DNA of 64,000 nucleotides from a virus (IMGVR_UViG_3300036987_000310:192001-256000), one strand, 5' to 3'; positions 45,508 through 54,858 are shown, numbered from the stretch's first letter. The notes: generated by a model not told the origin, from the sequence alone. Numbers and translations: made by a program.

Positions 45508-46128
45508 ATGGGACAATCGAGCTACGAGAAAATTTACGAGGCGCTGGCTGCCACGAAGCAGTGCAAAGCGCTCGTGGCAGCCATCCCGGAGAAGTTCGCA
45601 CAAGTTCGCGTGACGGGCGTGGAATTCACTCTCAAGCGCCCGAACGAGTTCGGACAACCCGCGGAAGCCATTCCCCACTACAAAGTAGTCGGTCCGAACG
45701 GGTACGTGTTGAACACGCAAGACGGCCATGTTTGGCTATCGGTTTCGATACTCGTGAATGATGAAGTCCTCGCCCCGTTGGTGAACGAGGTGTTCGGCGT
45801 CAAGGGCGGCGTGCCCACGTACTTCTGCAACAAGGAAGTCGTTCTCGGCAAGAAGAACCGCCGGGACACCGACTCGTTTGGCGACTGGTTGTGCAGGCGG
45901 GTTCGCTCCCAGTTCGAACAGGACATTTTGAGCGCCCAAAAGCGCGTTCAAGAGCAAGTTCGGCAGATGGCGGCAAGCGAGGAAACTGCTCAGCTCGGGC
46001 GAGAGTTCCTCGTCCGATGCGCCGTCGACGACATCAAGAAGGCCTTGGGCGCCTATGACCACCTCGGCAAGGAAGTTTTGTCCGAGGCCATTGACGAGTT
46101 TCTCGTCCACAGCATCACGGACAGTTGA
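45508..46128 (+). CDS. hypothetical protein (near-tag ending)
   Basis: ends DEFLVHSITDS*. Confidence 0.8.
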   Translation: MGQSSYEKIYEALAATKQCKALVAAIPEKFAQVRVTGVEFTLKRPNEFGQPAEAIPHYKVVGPNGYVLNTQDGHVWLSVSILVNDEVLAPLVNEVFGVKGGVPTYFCNKEVVLGKKNRRDTDSFGDWLCRRVRSQFEQDILSAQKRVQEQVRQMAASEETAQLGREFLVRCAVDDIKKALGAYDHLGKEVLSEAIDEFLVHSITDS

Positions 46129-46147
46129 AGCTCTAGGGAGGTGACAA

Positions 46148-47026
46148 GTGGATTCGAAAGAGCTGACCTTTTGGGAAAACGTCCACAAAGACGCCAAGCG
46201 TCGAGCTGCCTTGAAATGGGGCGAGACGCACGACATATGCTGTCATAACGGGTGGGACAAATATGGAGCCAGCAAGAGTGACATCGCTGGCGCTGTGGAG
46301 GCTGCGGTTGGCCAAATGTTGTACGTGGCGGAGTCAATCGGCTGCAGCATGGCCAAATTCGGGTATGTGGAACTGAATGAGCATGGCTGCGCCGGCATAA
46401 GGCTGTTCGAGGACAACCCGTCCGTCGAACAGTTGGCGGAATGGTTCGCCAGAGGGTCGACCTCATTCGACGACGCCATTGTCAACGCAGTGAAATGGGA
46501 CAAAGTTGACCTGCGCGGCGTGCCGCTGGCAAGCCAATCGGACGTTGACGTCGGCAAAACATTGATTGAGCTCAACGGCGGGCTGCCCGTTCCCGTGACT
46601 GAAGAAGCGCTTGAGAGAATCGCGCTGAAAGTCGCGGCGTCATATGACGCGAAGCTTTTCCAAACAATTCAGATAAACCAGTTTGACATAGATTTGAGCT
46701 CCATCAAGGAGCCCAAATTCGTCGACTGCGTGATTGAGATTGGTCGGCTGTTGATCGAGCTCAATGGTGGTCCTGCCTCCGCGACGCCCGCCAGGTTCGC
46801 CCATCGAGTTGGTTGGGTCTATCTGCGACAGGGTTTGCAACGATTCACCGGCAAGCTTGGCAGCGTGGAGATTCGGGAAGGCAAACCGTTCAACAGCCTG
46901 ACGAACAATGGCTCCACCCGGATTAGCCATGGTAACAAAGCATTCTTCATCGAGGGCAAAGAAATCCGAGCTGCTTCGCTCAGGTCTGCCCGCGAGAAGT
47001 ATGTGAATTTGGTGCAGGACGGGTAA
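46148..47026 (+). CDS. hypothetical protein with C-terminal tag
   Basis: GGAGGTGA SD; ends YVNLVQDG*. Confidence 0.8.
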   Translation: MDSKELTFWENVHKDAKRRAALKWGETHDICCHNGWDKYGASKSDIAGAVEAAVGQMLYVAESIGCSMAKFGYVELNEHGCAGIRLFEDNPSVEQLAEWFARGSTSFDDAIVNAVKWDKVDLRGVPLASQSDVDVGKTLIELNGGLPVPVTEEALERIALKVAASYDAKLFQTIQINQFDIDLSSIKEPKFVDCVIEIGRLLIELNGGPASATPARFAHRVGWVYLRQGLQRFTGKLGSVEIREGKPFNSLTNNGSTRISHGNKAFFIEGKEIRAASLRSAREKYVNLVQDG

Positions 47027-47087
47027 TGACCGGGTTATGCTCATGAGATTTGCGATCCTAAGGCTACTGGCTGGTGGAGGTGACTGA

Positions 47088-47813
47088 ATGACTGACGAAA
47101 CAAACAGCCGTCCAACTTACGTTGTTGGCAACGATTCCAACCCGGCGCACATTCGCGCTGCGGTCGAGGGCTTGCGCAAGATGGCAAAAATGGGGGAAAA
47201 AGCGCGCCAGGCCCTCGAAGCTCTAGAGCGGGATGGGCATTTTGACCAGCTGGTTCATTGGGTGGACGGCGAAGACAAGTCGTACAAGACAATCAAGTGC
47301 AACCGCTTTCCCCGGTTCGTCGAAGTCAGCGCGGCGGACATGCCAATCCTGGACAGCCTGTGGCTGGCGTTCGGTCCCGTTGTCAAAACTCAGTATGGGG
47401 GCCACGGGTGCGTGGAGTACACTCTGTCGCTGCGCGGCGACAGATTCTATCAGAAAAAGGACCGCTCGCTCGTTTTGCAGCCGATCCCAGATCGCATTCG
47501 AGTCGGCACGCTTCGAGTTTCTAAGAAAAAGATCTCCTATCTGTCGTACGGGTCCAAAGCCGCCTATCCAGTCACCGAGAAGAAAGCCACTGTCGAGGCC
47601 ACAGTGTCGCGCATCAGCAAATGCGATGCTTTAGTCCCTCTGAGCGAAATGTGTTCCAACTTTCTTGTCGTGACAGGAGAGGGCCTACTGAATCAGCGCG
47701 CCAGGGACATGCGAGCAGGGTCTTGCCGGTGGATGACTGACGGAGGGCACGCGCAAAGGATGCTGGAAGACGCTGTTCGGACATTGTGGATCGAGGGCGT
47801 GCACGAGTCCTGA
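47088..47813 (+). CDS. hypothetical protein, paralog of 31608..32351, with C-terminal tag
   Basis: ends LWIEGVHES*. Confidence 0.8.
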   Translation: MTDETNSRPTYVVGNDSNPAHIRAAVEGLRKMAKMGEKARQALEALERDGHFDQLVHWVDGEDKSYKTIKCNRFPRFVEVSAADMPILDSLWLAFGPVVKTQYGGHGCVEYTLSLRGDRFYQKKDRSLVLQPIPDRIRVGTLRVSKKKISYLSYGSKAAYPVTEKKATVEATVSRISKCDALVPLSEMCSNFLVVTGEGLLNQRARDMRAGSCRWMTDGGHAQRMLEDAVRTLWIEGVHES

Positions 47814-47842
47814 CAGCTAAGCTGTTTGTGGCCTTTTTGCAC

Positions 47843-48247
47843 ATGGCACACACAGTCGTCTTCACCGGAACGCTTCAGTGGACCCCGCCAGCAGCTCCTG
47901 CGAACTCTGGACAAAGCTCGTTCACCGTTCAGGCGAGCTACAACTCGCACAACGTCGGGTCGCTCGACGTTCCAAGCGGAACTGCTCCCGCTACTGAAAT
48001 CGCGATCCCGTTTGGCCAAGTGAGCGAAGCCCGGTTCATGGTTGTGAAGAACCTCATGACAACCGACGTGGATCTCAAGCTGAACGGGTCGGCTGACCTG
48101 ATTTCAATCCCGCCTCAAGGTCAGCACATGCACATTTGTCCGGTCGACTTGACGGACGGAGCGAACCCGCTGACCGGGGCAAGCGTCACCGTTTTGGCAA
48201 CGCCCACTTCCGTGCAAAACATTTTGTTCTGGGTCTACGGCGACTAG
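47843..48247 (+). CDS. beta-strand-rich protein, possibly virion-associated
   Basis: T/S/P/G/V-rich, low charge, no SD. Confidence 0.6.
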   Translation: MAHTVVFTGTLQWTPPAAPANSGQSSFTVQASYNSHNVGSLDVPSGTAPATEIAIPFGQVSEARFMVVKNLMTTDVDLKLNGSADLISIPPQGQHMHICPVDLTDGANPLTGASVTVLATPTSVQNILFWVYGD

Positions 48248-48265
48248 CTTTGTTTGACTAGTGCC

Positions 48266-48290
48266 GGAGCTGCGCGAGCTCGCCGCGTAT
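48266..48290 (+). promoter_or_regulatory. promoter-like motif GGAGCT-N13-GCGTAT
   Basis: upstream of 48310. Confidence 0.75.
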
Positions 48291-48309
48291 TGCCGCGCGG
48301 AGGTGACGC

Positions 48310-48687
48310 GTGGCAAACTTCGTGAACGTTCCGCCCGAGGCGATCGAGGACCCGCTCAAGCAGCTCGGCTTCTTCCGCTCAGTGGAAGGCGCGCAGGTCG
48401 TGTACGAGAAGCGTCATGACTGCGACCCGAGCGTGCGCGTCAAGGTGTACACTTCCATCAGCTCCGATGGAGTCCAAGTCCGCCGTCGGGGCAAGGACTC
48501 CATCCGCGTGTGCACCATTGTTCAAAGCTGGAACAAGACATACGGCATCGGAAAGTTTCCGTACATTGCCCGCGTCTCAAGCGTCGACCACGTAGTCAAA
48601 AAGTTGCTCACCACTGTGAAGGCCGCTTGGGAGCGCGGGGCTGAGTGGCACGCTGAGCAAACAGTCAAGAAGGTGATGGGCGCATGA
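48310..48687 (+). CDS. hypothetical protein with C-terminal tag
   Basis: VKVYTSI...GKDSIRV; ends TVKKVMGA*. Confidence 0.8.
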   Translation: MANFVNVPPEAIEDPLKQLGFFRSVEGAQVVYEKRHDCDPSVRVKVYTSISSDGVQVRRRGKDSIRVCTIVQSWNKTYGIGKFPYIARVSSVDHVVKKLLTTVKAAWERGAEWHAEQTVKKVMGA

Positions 48688-49124
48688 ACGTTCAACTCTT
48701 GAAGCTAAAATCCGAACATGGGTATCCAGGACCATACCTGAAAGTTACGCTTCGGGTTCGACGCCCGCGCGGCAAAAAACATTGGGACGTGAGATGGCAC
48801 GAGGGTTACCACATTCTCTACAATGATCATGGGCTGCGTGTGGACGAGCGCGCTGACGTCATACGCCAGGCGCGGCAAATCTTGCAAGACCCCATTGTGC
48901 AGACGCAGCTGACCCCAATTCGGACGCAGCTGGCCGACATGAAGCGTCAACATGATGAAAACACGCTTCAACAATATGCCGCGGCCAAGCCAGTCCGCGA
49001 CGCAGAGCATGTGAAGAACTTCCAGGACGAAATCAAATACCTCACGCAAGAGATGGGGGCTTCTCTGGAGGATATGCACCGATGGCTCGACGAAGTGGTG
49101 GCAGAGCTAGTGATGGGGAGTTGA
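48684..49124 (+). CDS. hypothetical protein with helical-hairpin tail and C-terminal tag
   Basis: ends GASLEDMHRWLDEVVAELVMGS*. Confidence 0.75.
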   Translation: MNVQLLKLKSEHGYPGPYLKVTLRVRRPRGKKHWDVRWHEGYHILYNDHGLRVDERADVIRQARQILQDPIVQTQLTPIRTQLADMKRQHDENTLQQYAAAKPVRDAEHVKNFQDEIKYLTQEMGASLEDMHRWLDEVVAELVMGS

Positions 49125-49441
49125 AGGTGACGTTTCTTCGTCGGCTGGAGCTGCACGAAGTCGAGTCGTCCATACTGTTCATGGACGATCCGGACTTCCC
49201 GGAAGAACGCACGGCCATTGTTCGAGTCAAATGGAACGGTTTTCAAGGAACGGCCAGCGGCGGCCCTTTCTGGTTCGACTCTGAAGAAAAGTTCAGCCGC
49301 TCTCCACAGCATGCAGCTCTGTGCGTTGAGGCTCTGGAAAACTTGCAAGCATTTCTCGACAAGATGGCCGAGCGGCTCGAGCCGCTAGTCACGAAAGAGT
49401 CGTTTGACAACTGGACTGTGAAAAAAGTGCAAGACGGATGA
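49121..49441 (+). CDS. hypothetical protein, paralog of 54054..54437, with C-terminal tag
   Basis: WNGF.G motif; ends DNWTVKKVQDG*. Confidence 0.75.
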   Translation: MKVTFLRRLELHEVESSILFMDDPDFPEERTAIVRVKWNGFQGTASGGPFWFDSEEKFSRSPQHAALCVEALENLQAFLDKMAERLEPLVTKESFDNWTVKKVQDG

Positions 49442-49605
49442 AGTGTTCCATTTGTCACGATCCTGAGGTTGTTCAGTTCATCTTGGACTGGAGCGACGGC
49501 GTGTTTTGTCGCTGCAAATACCACGTTGTCAACATCGATGGGCGAAAAGACTTGAAAAACATAACTTTAGAAGAAGCGTTCATTGCCTCAGTGCAAGGAG
49601 AATGA
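49438..49605 (+). CDS. 55-aa zinc-finger protein (family A) with C-terminal tag
   Basis: hand-translated MKCSICH...CRCKYH...ITLEEAFIASVQGE*. Confidence 0.75.
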   Translation: MKCSICHDPEVVQFILDWSDGVFCRCKYHVVNIDGRKDLKNITLEEAFIASVQGE

Positions 49606-49638
49606 CGCGAGGACTTAGTGCGTGCTCTGAAGTGCGTT

Positions 49639-49663
49639 GGAGCTCGCGCGGTTGTCCGAGTAT
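49639..49663 (+). promoter_or_regulatory. promoter-like motif GGAGCT-N13-GAGTAT
   Basis: upstream of 49684. Confidence 0.75.
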
Positions 49664-49683
49664 CAGACTGTGGAGGTGAAAGA

Positions 49684-50130
49684 ATGAAGCTTTCCGAGAT
49701 GACCACTGCGCGTTTGGCTTTCAAACGCACCCAGATCGACAAGATCTTGGCAAAGCGGCGCAGGTTGTTCGCAGAAGCGCTTGTGGCTAATCACAAAAAA
49801 CTCTTGCGGCTGCACAAGAAATCCGGCGGCAGGATCTTCCGAGGCACGTTCGCAGAACTGCTGAACTTTCTCGGTGACGCAGTGTACGGGCGACAGGGCC
49901 ACCCGCCTTACGCCCACTTTGCCGCCAACATGCGAGAGGACCCGGACGCCAATTCAATCTTCGGAGAGTGTGCCTACAAACAAGATGAACACCCGTTCGA
50001 ATGGGTTGACCACAATGAAGTTGGGGAGGACGTTGTGCGCGAGTGGATGTTGGCACTGGATGGGAATCCGCTGAATGTGGCCGAAGCCCGCGCGTTGCTG
50101 CGCGTAGCGGGGGTGGAGGTGACGGAATGA
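49684..50130 (+). CDS. MKLSEMT-family protein
   Basis: shared N-terminal helix with 57098 and 59396. Confidence 0.75.
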   Translation: MKLSEMTTARLAFKRTQIDKILAKRRRLFAEALVANHKKLLRLHKKSGGRIFRGTFAELLNFLGDAVYGRQGHPPYAHFAANMREDPDANSIFGECAYKQDEHPFEWVDHNEVGEDVVREWMLALDGNPLNVAEARALLRVAGVEVTE

Positions 50131-50417
50131 ACTTATATAGAGCGAAACATTCACGTGGCGTCGAATTGATCGTAGCGGAAGACGAGGACGCTGTCAAAGA
50201 GATGGCGGAAGGCTTTCCCTGCGAGGTGTCTCTTCTTCGAGAAGACGTCGATGAGGACGATGGACTCGAATTGAGCGAGTACGTCGTCTACCACGCAGAC
50301 AGATATTCCAATCACGAAACACGCGTGGAAGCTATCGACGAAAAAGATGCCATACAACAAGTTGGAGAAATGGGCGTGCTAGACAGCAGTTACACCCATT
50401 GGGCTGAATTGGCCTGA
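50127..50417 (+). CDS. acidic protein with two A-x-D-E-x-x-A motifs
   Basis: coupled start. Confidence 0.65.
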   Translation: MNLYRAKHSRGVELIVAEDEDAVKEMAEGFPCEVSLLREDVDEDDGLELSEYVVYHADRYSNHETRVEAIDEKDAIQQVGEMGVLDSSYTHWAELA

Positions 50418-50432
50418 GGCTGCATCATACGA

Positions 50433-50816
50433 ATGGAAAGGGTCATGGCAGTGAACAAGTTGCAACCGTTGGTGCAGATGCAACCGTGCGTCGAGATCTT
50501 GTTGGGGCGCGAGCTCCCGGACATGCGCGGCGCGTTTAAGCGGACGAAGATCGTTGTCGGTCGCGTCGCCACAAAGGCTATGGCCGATGAAGTCGTTGGC
50601 AGAATTCCACTCCGCGATGAAGCGGAGGAGCCAAACTCATCTTGGCTTGAATGCAGGAACGCTGTTGCGCCCGTTGGACGCAAGGTACACACCAGTGTGG
50701 ATGAAGGCGTGAAGGCAGTCATCGCGAAGCTTGTCGGCAAACGCGCCATGGACGACGTGGGGGACTATTGCGGCGTGCTTGTGTTGGCAAATGATATGGA
50801 AGGAGTGACGGAATGA
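50433..50816 (+). CDS. hypothetical protein
   Basis: 127 aa, coupled to the next gene. Confidence 0.65.
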   Translation: MERVMAVNKLQPLVQMQPCVEILLGRELPDMRGAFKRTKIVVGRVATKAMADEVVGRIPLRDEAEEPNSSWLECRNAVAPVGRKVHTSVDEGVKAVIAKLVGKRAMDDVGDYCGVLVLANDMEGVTE

Positions 50817-51739
50817 AGTTGGACGAAGAAAATGTGCGAAAGCACGTGATCGCAGTCGTAAAAGACGACCCAACGATCCCGGAAGACGAACTGCGCGACG
50901 GTCTTCCGGTGGTCTCCATCGACGGAGTGAAGTGTGCCGTGGACACCAACAACGGGGTGATCCAAACGGGAGAGGGCCGCGAGCAGCGCTGGTTCGAGCT
51001 GCACTTGCGCGACGTGACCCCCAAGCGGTTTCTGTCGCGCGAGCAGCAAGAGGCCATGGCTGCCGAGCAAGAGGACTGGTGGCTCGTCAGCTCTTCCCAG
51101 CGCTCGTGCTTCGTGCGAAACAAGAAGCGCTCCGGAGCCATCATGGACTTCCTCATGCGATTTCCGGGCGAGGCGGCGTTTGGGATGGATATGCCCGAGG
51201 CCGAGCTGGCGAGGGGCTTCGAGTTCATCGACGATGAAGGGGACCGGATTCGGACCGAGTTCATCGCCAAAGAAGTCATGGAGACGGTGGCTGACCCGCC
51301 CGATCCGCCTCAGCGCCCGCAGGCGGCCACGCCTCAAACGCCCACGGGCTCCATGGGATGCCCTCCAGGCCAATGCGTTTGCGGCGGATGCTACCCCGAT
51401 CCAACAGAAGCTTCGCCCGAGCCGGACAGGCCGGACTTCAAGCCTGAGGACTTCTACTTCGGCGTGGCAGAAGCGTCCACCTTCGGCGGAGACACGAACG
51501 ACAAGTGGCTGACCGTCTGTCCGAAGAAGCATTGGGATGAGCACCACATCCCGTATGATGGGCACCTGGACGTCGAACATCTGTTTCCCGAGTATCTGCA
51601 GTACCCCGCGGACATGGAAGCCATCTGGATCCTGCCCGACAACGCGATGACCGAGGACGTGGCCATCGACATGACCGTTCTCGGATTCGAGCGCAACCTA
51701 GAGCTGGAGGGGCTGCTCGACGAGGTTCACGAGTCATGA
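50813..51739 (+). CDS. acidic multidomain protein with C-terminal tag
   Basis: 308 aa, Pro/Cys linker; ends LLDEVHES*. Confidence 0.8.
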   Translation: MKLDEENVRKHVIAVVKDDPTIPEDELRDGLPVVSIDGVKCAVDTNNGVIQTGEGREQRWFELHLRDVTPKRFLSREQQEAMAAEQEDWWLVSSSQRSCFVRNKKRSGAIMDFLMRFPGEAAFGMDMPEAELARGFEFIDDEGDRIRTEFIAKEVMETVADPPDPPQRPQAATPQTPTGSMGCPPGQCVCGGCYPDPTEASPEPDRPDFKPEDFYFGVAEASTFGGDTNDKWLTVCPKKHWDEHHIPYDGHLDVEHLFPEYLQYPADMEAIWILPDNAMTEDVAIDMTVLGFERNLELEGLLDEVHES

Positions 51740-51754
51740 GAGGAGAGTGACAAA

Positions 51755-52021
51755 ATGGATTCATATCAAGTGGTGACTTTCCTAGATTGGGATGTGTCTG
51801 TGGTGGAGCACACCGACCCGGTGCAAGCAGTCAACATGGCCATCGATGCCACTTTCCCAGGAGACCAAACTCGGGCCGAGTACTTCATGGCTGACCCTCA
51901 CGAGTGGGAAGCTGGGGAAGAGAACCTCATGGCCATCGGTCCGACGGACTTCGCGTTGTTGATCATCGTAGGTGAAGTTAACCCATACCCATATCCGTTG
52001 GGAATCATCCGAAAAAAGTGA
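51755..52021 (+). CDS. hypothetical protein
   Basis: GAGGAG SD. Confidence 0.65.
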   Translation: MDSYQVVTFLDWDVSVVEHTDPVQAVNMAIDATFPGDQTRAEYFMADPHEWEAGEENLMAIGPTDFALLIIVGEVNPYPYPLGIIRKK

Positions 52022-52027
52022 CGGCAG

Positions 52028-52095
52028 ATGAGCACAAAATGCGCTGTTTGCACCACTCGTGAAGAGTAGCTTGTGGCAAAATTATGTCGGAGTGA
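52028..52095 (+). pseudogene. decayed family-A zinc finger/tag remnant
   Basis: MSTKCAVC-TTREE*LVAK then, after a one-base frameshift, IMSE*. Confidence 0.55.
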
Positions 52096-52101
52096 GGCAG
52101 T

Positions 52102-52518
52102 ATGAAGTCGTCACAGTCGTCCTCAATAAGCCCATACCAAGCTCAGGTTTTGGTTCTTCTGGACTGGTGGGTGGAGTCCAAGCGCGACAGGATTCTTGAC
52201 ATGCTGAAAGACGCTGACCCTGATGGAGTCAACGGAACGACAATTGAAGCCGTAGGCCTCTGCCTCATGAGACTCTGGGACTGGGAAACAGAATTCTTTC
52301 AAGATGTCCAAAACAATGACTTGGCGCTCTTGATTTGGACCCGTTACTCCCCCTGGTGGCTTTCAACCGGACACATGGACAATCGGCATCTCGACTGGGA
52401 GGTTGCCGGCCGAATCGGTGCAATCGCCAAGGGCCAGGGTTGGATTGAAAAACATCGCAAGGCGCTCGAACGCGCCGGCAGACGATTGCGCGCCGTAAAG
52501 AAAATCCAGGAGGCGTGA
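52102..52518 (+). CDS. hypothetical protein with C-terminal tag
   Basis: ends RAVKKIQEA*. Confidence 0.75.
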   Translation: MKSSQSSSISPYQAQVLVLLDWWVESKRDRILDMLKDADPDGVNGTTIEAVGLCLMRLWDWETEFFQDVQNNDLALLIWTRYSPWWLSTGHMDNRHLDWEVAGRIGAIAKGQGWIEKHRKALERAGRRLRAVKKIQEA

Positions 52519-52526
52519 GGCCAGTC

Positions 52527-52551
52527 GGAACTGCGCGAATTCGCCGCGTAT
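52527..52551 (+). promoter_or_regulatory. promoter-like motif GGAACT-N13-GCGTAT
   Basis: upstream of 52602. Confidence 0.7.
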
Positions 52552-52601
52552 CGGTCCGTGGGGTGGACCGGCTAAAATGGCCACCCTGCTAGTGCAAACA
52601 C

Positions 52602-52799
52602 ATGTCTGATCTGTGCTCATGGTGCCAACGCAGGCTGGCGACCCGCTGGACTTTCTGGACCCAGAAGCCAGACGGGTCTGGGCAGACGTATCTGTACTGC
52701 GCCTGCGACGACTGCTGGAAAAATCTGGCGAACAATCAGTATGAAGAGCACGAAGTGAGTCGCGACGAGTGGCTCGTTGCGAAAACTCAGGCAACGTGA
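52602..52799 (+). CDS. small zinc-finger protein (family A) with C-terminal tag
   Basis: CSWC..RLATRW...CACDDCW...EVSRDEWLVAKTQAT*. Confidence 0.8.
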   Translation: MSDLCSWCQRRLATRWTFWTQKPDGSGQTYLYCACDDCWKNLANNQYEEHEVSRDEWLVAKTQAT

Positions 52800-52826
52800 G
52801 GCTCCACAAACACGAGGACGCAGCAC

Positions 52827-53324
52827 ATGATCAAGACGAAGGTTTTTGTCGTGGCCAGAATCGAGGGGTGGCAGAACAGTCTTGCCGAACGGATCGCCAC
52901 AACGCTCGGCTTGCCTCCAGGCAGCGTGCAAGTGAAATTGCGCCGCGGAACAATCGAGGCTCGGGTGGAAGCCCGAGCGATGAAGCCCGAATCGAAATTC
53001 GCAACCGAAGCGGTGAAGCTAATCCTCTTTCTGACAGAGAACCACTGGCCGTCTCGTTGCCCGCCCGAGGTCATTCTGCGCGGCCCTTGGCAGACATCCC
53101 TTTGCTCCCTACACAGTTGGCAAGAAACGAGGGCGAGGGAAAGGGCTTCCTTCGTCGAGAGAAATTACAACCCAGACAAAATCCGCAAAATCGTTCGAGA
53201 CAAATCGTCTCCGATCCGAAGCAAGCTTGCCTCGGCTGCGAAGCACTTGTCAGACGCCGAATTGCAGGACGTGTTCAGGGAGGCACTAGAAAAATCGAAG
53301 GTGACGGCAAACAATCATTCGTGA
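52827..53324 (+). CDS. hypothetical protein
   Basis: 165 aa, GAGGA SD. Confidence 0.7.
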   Translation: MIKTKVFVVARIEGWQNSLAERIATTLGLPPGSVQVKLRRGTIEARVEARAMKPESKFATEAVKLILFLTENHWPSRCPPEVILRGPWQTSLCSLHSWQETRARERASFVERNYNPDKIRKIVRDKSSPIRSKLASAAKHLSDAELQDVFREALEKSKVTANNHS

Positions 53325-53403
53325 AGAGTGGCTTGTGGTAAAACCCGCAGTCCGACTGGGCCATCAGGATCAAGGTCAAGCCGCAGCTCATCTGAAGCCC
53401 ACC

Positions 53404-53428
53404 AAAGATCGCGCACAGCTGCGCGTAT
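53404..53428 (+). promoter_or_regulatory. promoter-like motif AAAGAT-N13-GCGTAT
   Basis: upstream of 53450, GGAGGTGA. Confidence 0.65.
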
Positions 53429-53449
53429 TCCCCGATCGGAGGTGACTGC

Positions 53450-53971
53450 ATGCTCGACTGCACGATAACAGTTCCCGGCGGAGGCAGCGGCCAGGGGTGC
53501 CTGAAGGAGAACAAGATGGAGAAAGTGACGCTCAAAAAATACTACTCCTGGACGGTCAGTGTGGAGATCGAGGCAGACCACGTGGACCTCGACATCTTCT
53601 TCAAGAAGAACGGGGTCCAGGTTATGTATAACCAGTGCTGCTCCAGCTTCATGCTGCAACAGTGGGACGAAAAGAAGGCCTGGGCCATCTGCCGCACCAT
53701 GCTGGACAAAGCGGTCGACCCGGATCCGCCCAGGAGCTACACGGAGGACGCGAAGAAGCGCAAGAGGGTGCTTCAACGCATGCTCCGAGACGCCAGCTCC
53801 GGGCCGTCCGGCCCTCTGTTCGATCTGATCCGCCAAGCCTGGGATGAGTGGCAGCAACAGCAAAAGCGGGCTCAGACCGAGCAGTTGCGGCAAGTCGTGC
53901 GGCACTTGTCGCCTGATGAGGTGGAAGTCGCAGTCGCCGAAGCTCAGGTGGCAGATGTCCATAGCCGATAG
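53450..53971 (+). CDS. hypothetical protein with C-terminal tag
   Basis: ends AQVADVHSR* (TAG). Confidence 0.75.
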   Translation: MLDCTITVPGGGSGQGCLKENKMEKVTLKKYYSWTVSVEIEADHVDLDIFFKKNGVQVMYNQCCSSFMLQQWDEKKAWAICRTMLDKAVDPDPPRSYTEDAKKRKRVLQRMLRDASSGPSGPLFDLIRQAWDEWQQQQKRAQTEQLRQVVRHLSPDEVEVAVAEAQVADVHSR

Positions 53972-54037
53972 CCAAAGGATGAAGAGCACGAAGTGAGTCG
54001 CAACGAGCCACTCGTCGCGAAAACTCAGGCAACGTGA
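53972..54037 (+). pseudogene. orphan second tag in frame after the amber stop
   Basis: PKDEEHEVSRNEPLVAKTQAT*; 55/60 nt identical to 52741-52800. Confidence 0.7.
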
Positions 54038-54053
54038 GTCGGATGAGGTGCAA

Positions 54054-54437
54054 ATGTCAACGTTCATCCGTTTCCCCGAAATTGATCAAGTCAAGTTTCA
54101 GACGAGGCCGGAGGAAGAGGATTACCCTCCGGACTTCGACGACCCGGAGATGAACCGCTCCATTCAGGAGAAGGTTCAAAGCGGCAACGAATGGGCCTGG
54201 TGCACAATCGTCGTGAGCGCCGTGTGGAACGGGTTTGTCGGGGAGGCCCGTCTTGGCGGGTGTTCTTACGAATCTGAGGAAAACTTCCTCGAGGACTATG
54301 CCCAACACGACTGGATGATGTGCGACGCCTACAACGATCTGTTGGGAGCTTTGGAGAAGACGGCGAAGAGTTTGGAGCCGCTCATGACGCGCGAGTCAGT
54401 TAACGAGTGGCTCGTTTCTCAAGTTCAAGAAATGTGA
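54054..54437 (+). CDS. hypothetical protein, paralog of 49121..49441, with C-terminal tag
   Basis: ends NEWLVSQVQEM*. Confidence 0.8.
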   Translation: MSTFIRFPEIDQVKFQTRPEEEDYPPDFDDPEMNRSIQEKVQSGNEWAWCTIVVSAVWNGFVGEARLGGCSYESEENFLEDYAQHDWMMCDAYNDLLGALEKTAKSLEPLMTRESVNEWLVSQVQEM

Positions 54438-54506
54438 AACAATCGGGACGAGCTTCCGGAAAGCCTTCAAGGCTACAAGGCGCAGAAATCGATGGAGTAG
54501 GTGATA

Positions 54507-54734
54507 ATGGACAAGAAAACAAGCAAACACCCATCGTCTGACAAAACACGAAAAATGACTGTGAAACAGTTGATGGAAAAACTTCAACAGCAGGATCCAG
54601 ACGCCGAGGTTTCCATCAGCGTTTCCTTTTGGCTCGACGATGTTCCTTCTGATTCAGACGCAATTGTCGGGTCTTCTTCCCTCGAACATACGTCGCTGAC
54701 GGCAAATTCAACATCACGGGGTTTAACGACCTGA
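54507..54734 (+). CDS. small protein (MTVKQL...DPDAEV motif)
   Basis: AGGTGA SD. Confidence 0.6.
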   Translation: MDKKTSKHPSSDKTRKMTVKQLMEKLQQQDPDAEVSISVSFWLDDVPSDSDAIVGSSSLEHTSLTANSTSRGLTT

Positions 54735-54759
54735 CGAAGAGCGTCTCCTGAAGCAGATC

Positions 54760-54784
54760 GGAAGCGCGTCGATCGCGCGCGTAT
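54760..54784 (+). promoter_or_regulatory. promoter-like motif GGAAGC-N13-GCGTAT
   Basis: upstream of the tRNA leader. Confidence 0.7.
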
Positions 54785-54858
54785 CGATGAGTGAGGCGGC
54801 ACCTGCTGCGTTCGGCGCCTGGCTGGCTCCCCGGCGCAGAAAGGCCCGCCTCGCTAAT

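Noticed and set aside
15365-51580. Long opposite-strand ORFs (15365..16441, 33753..34526, 37601..38713, 42850..43695, 50765..51580)
   Set aside because: They are shadow frames of GC-rich genes on the other strand and have no motifs of their own.
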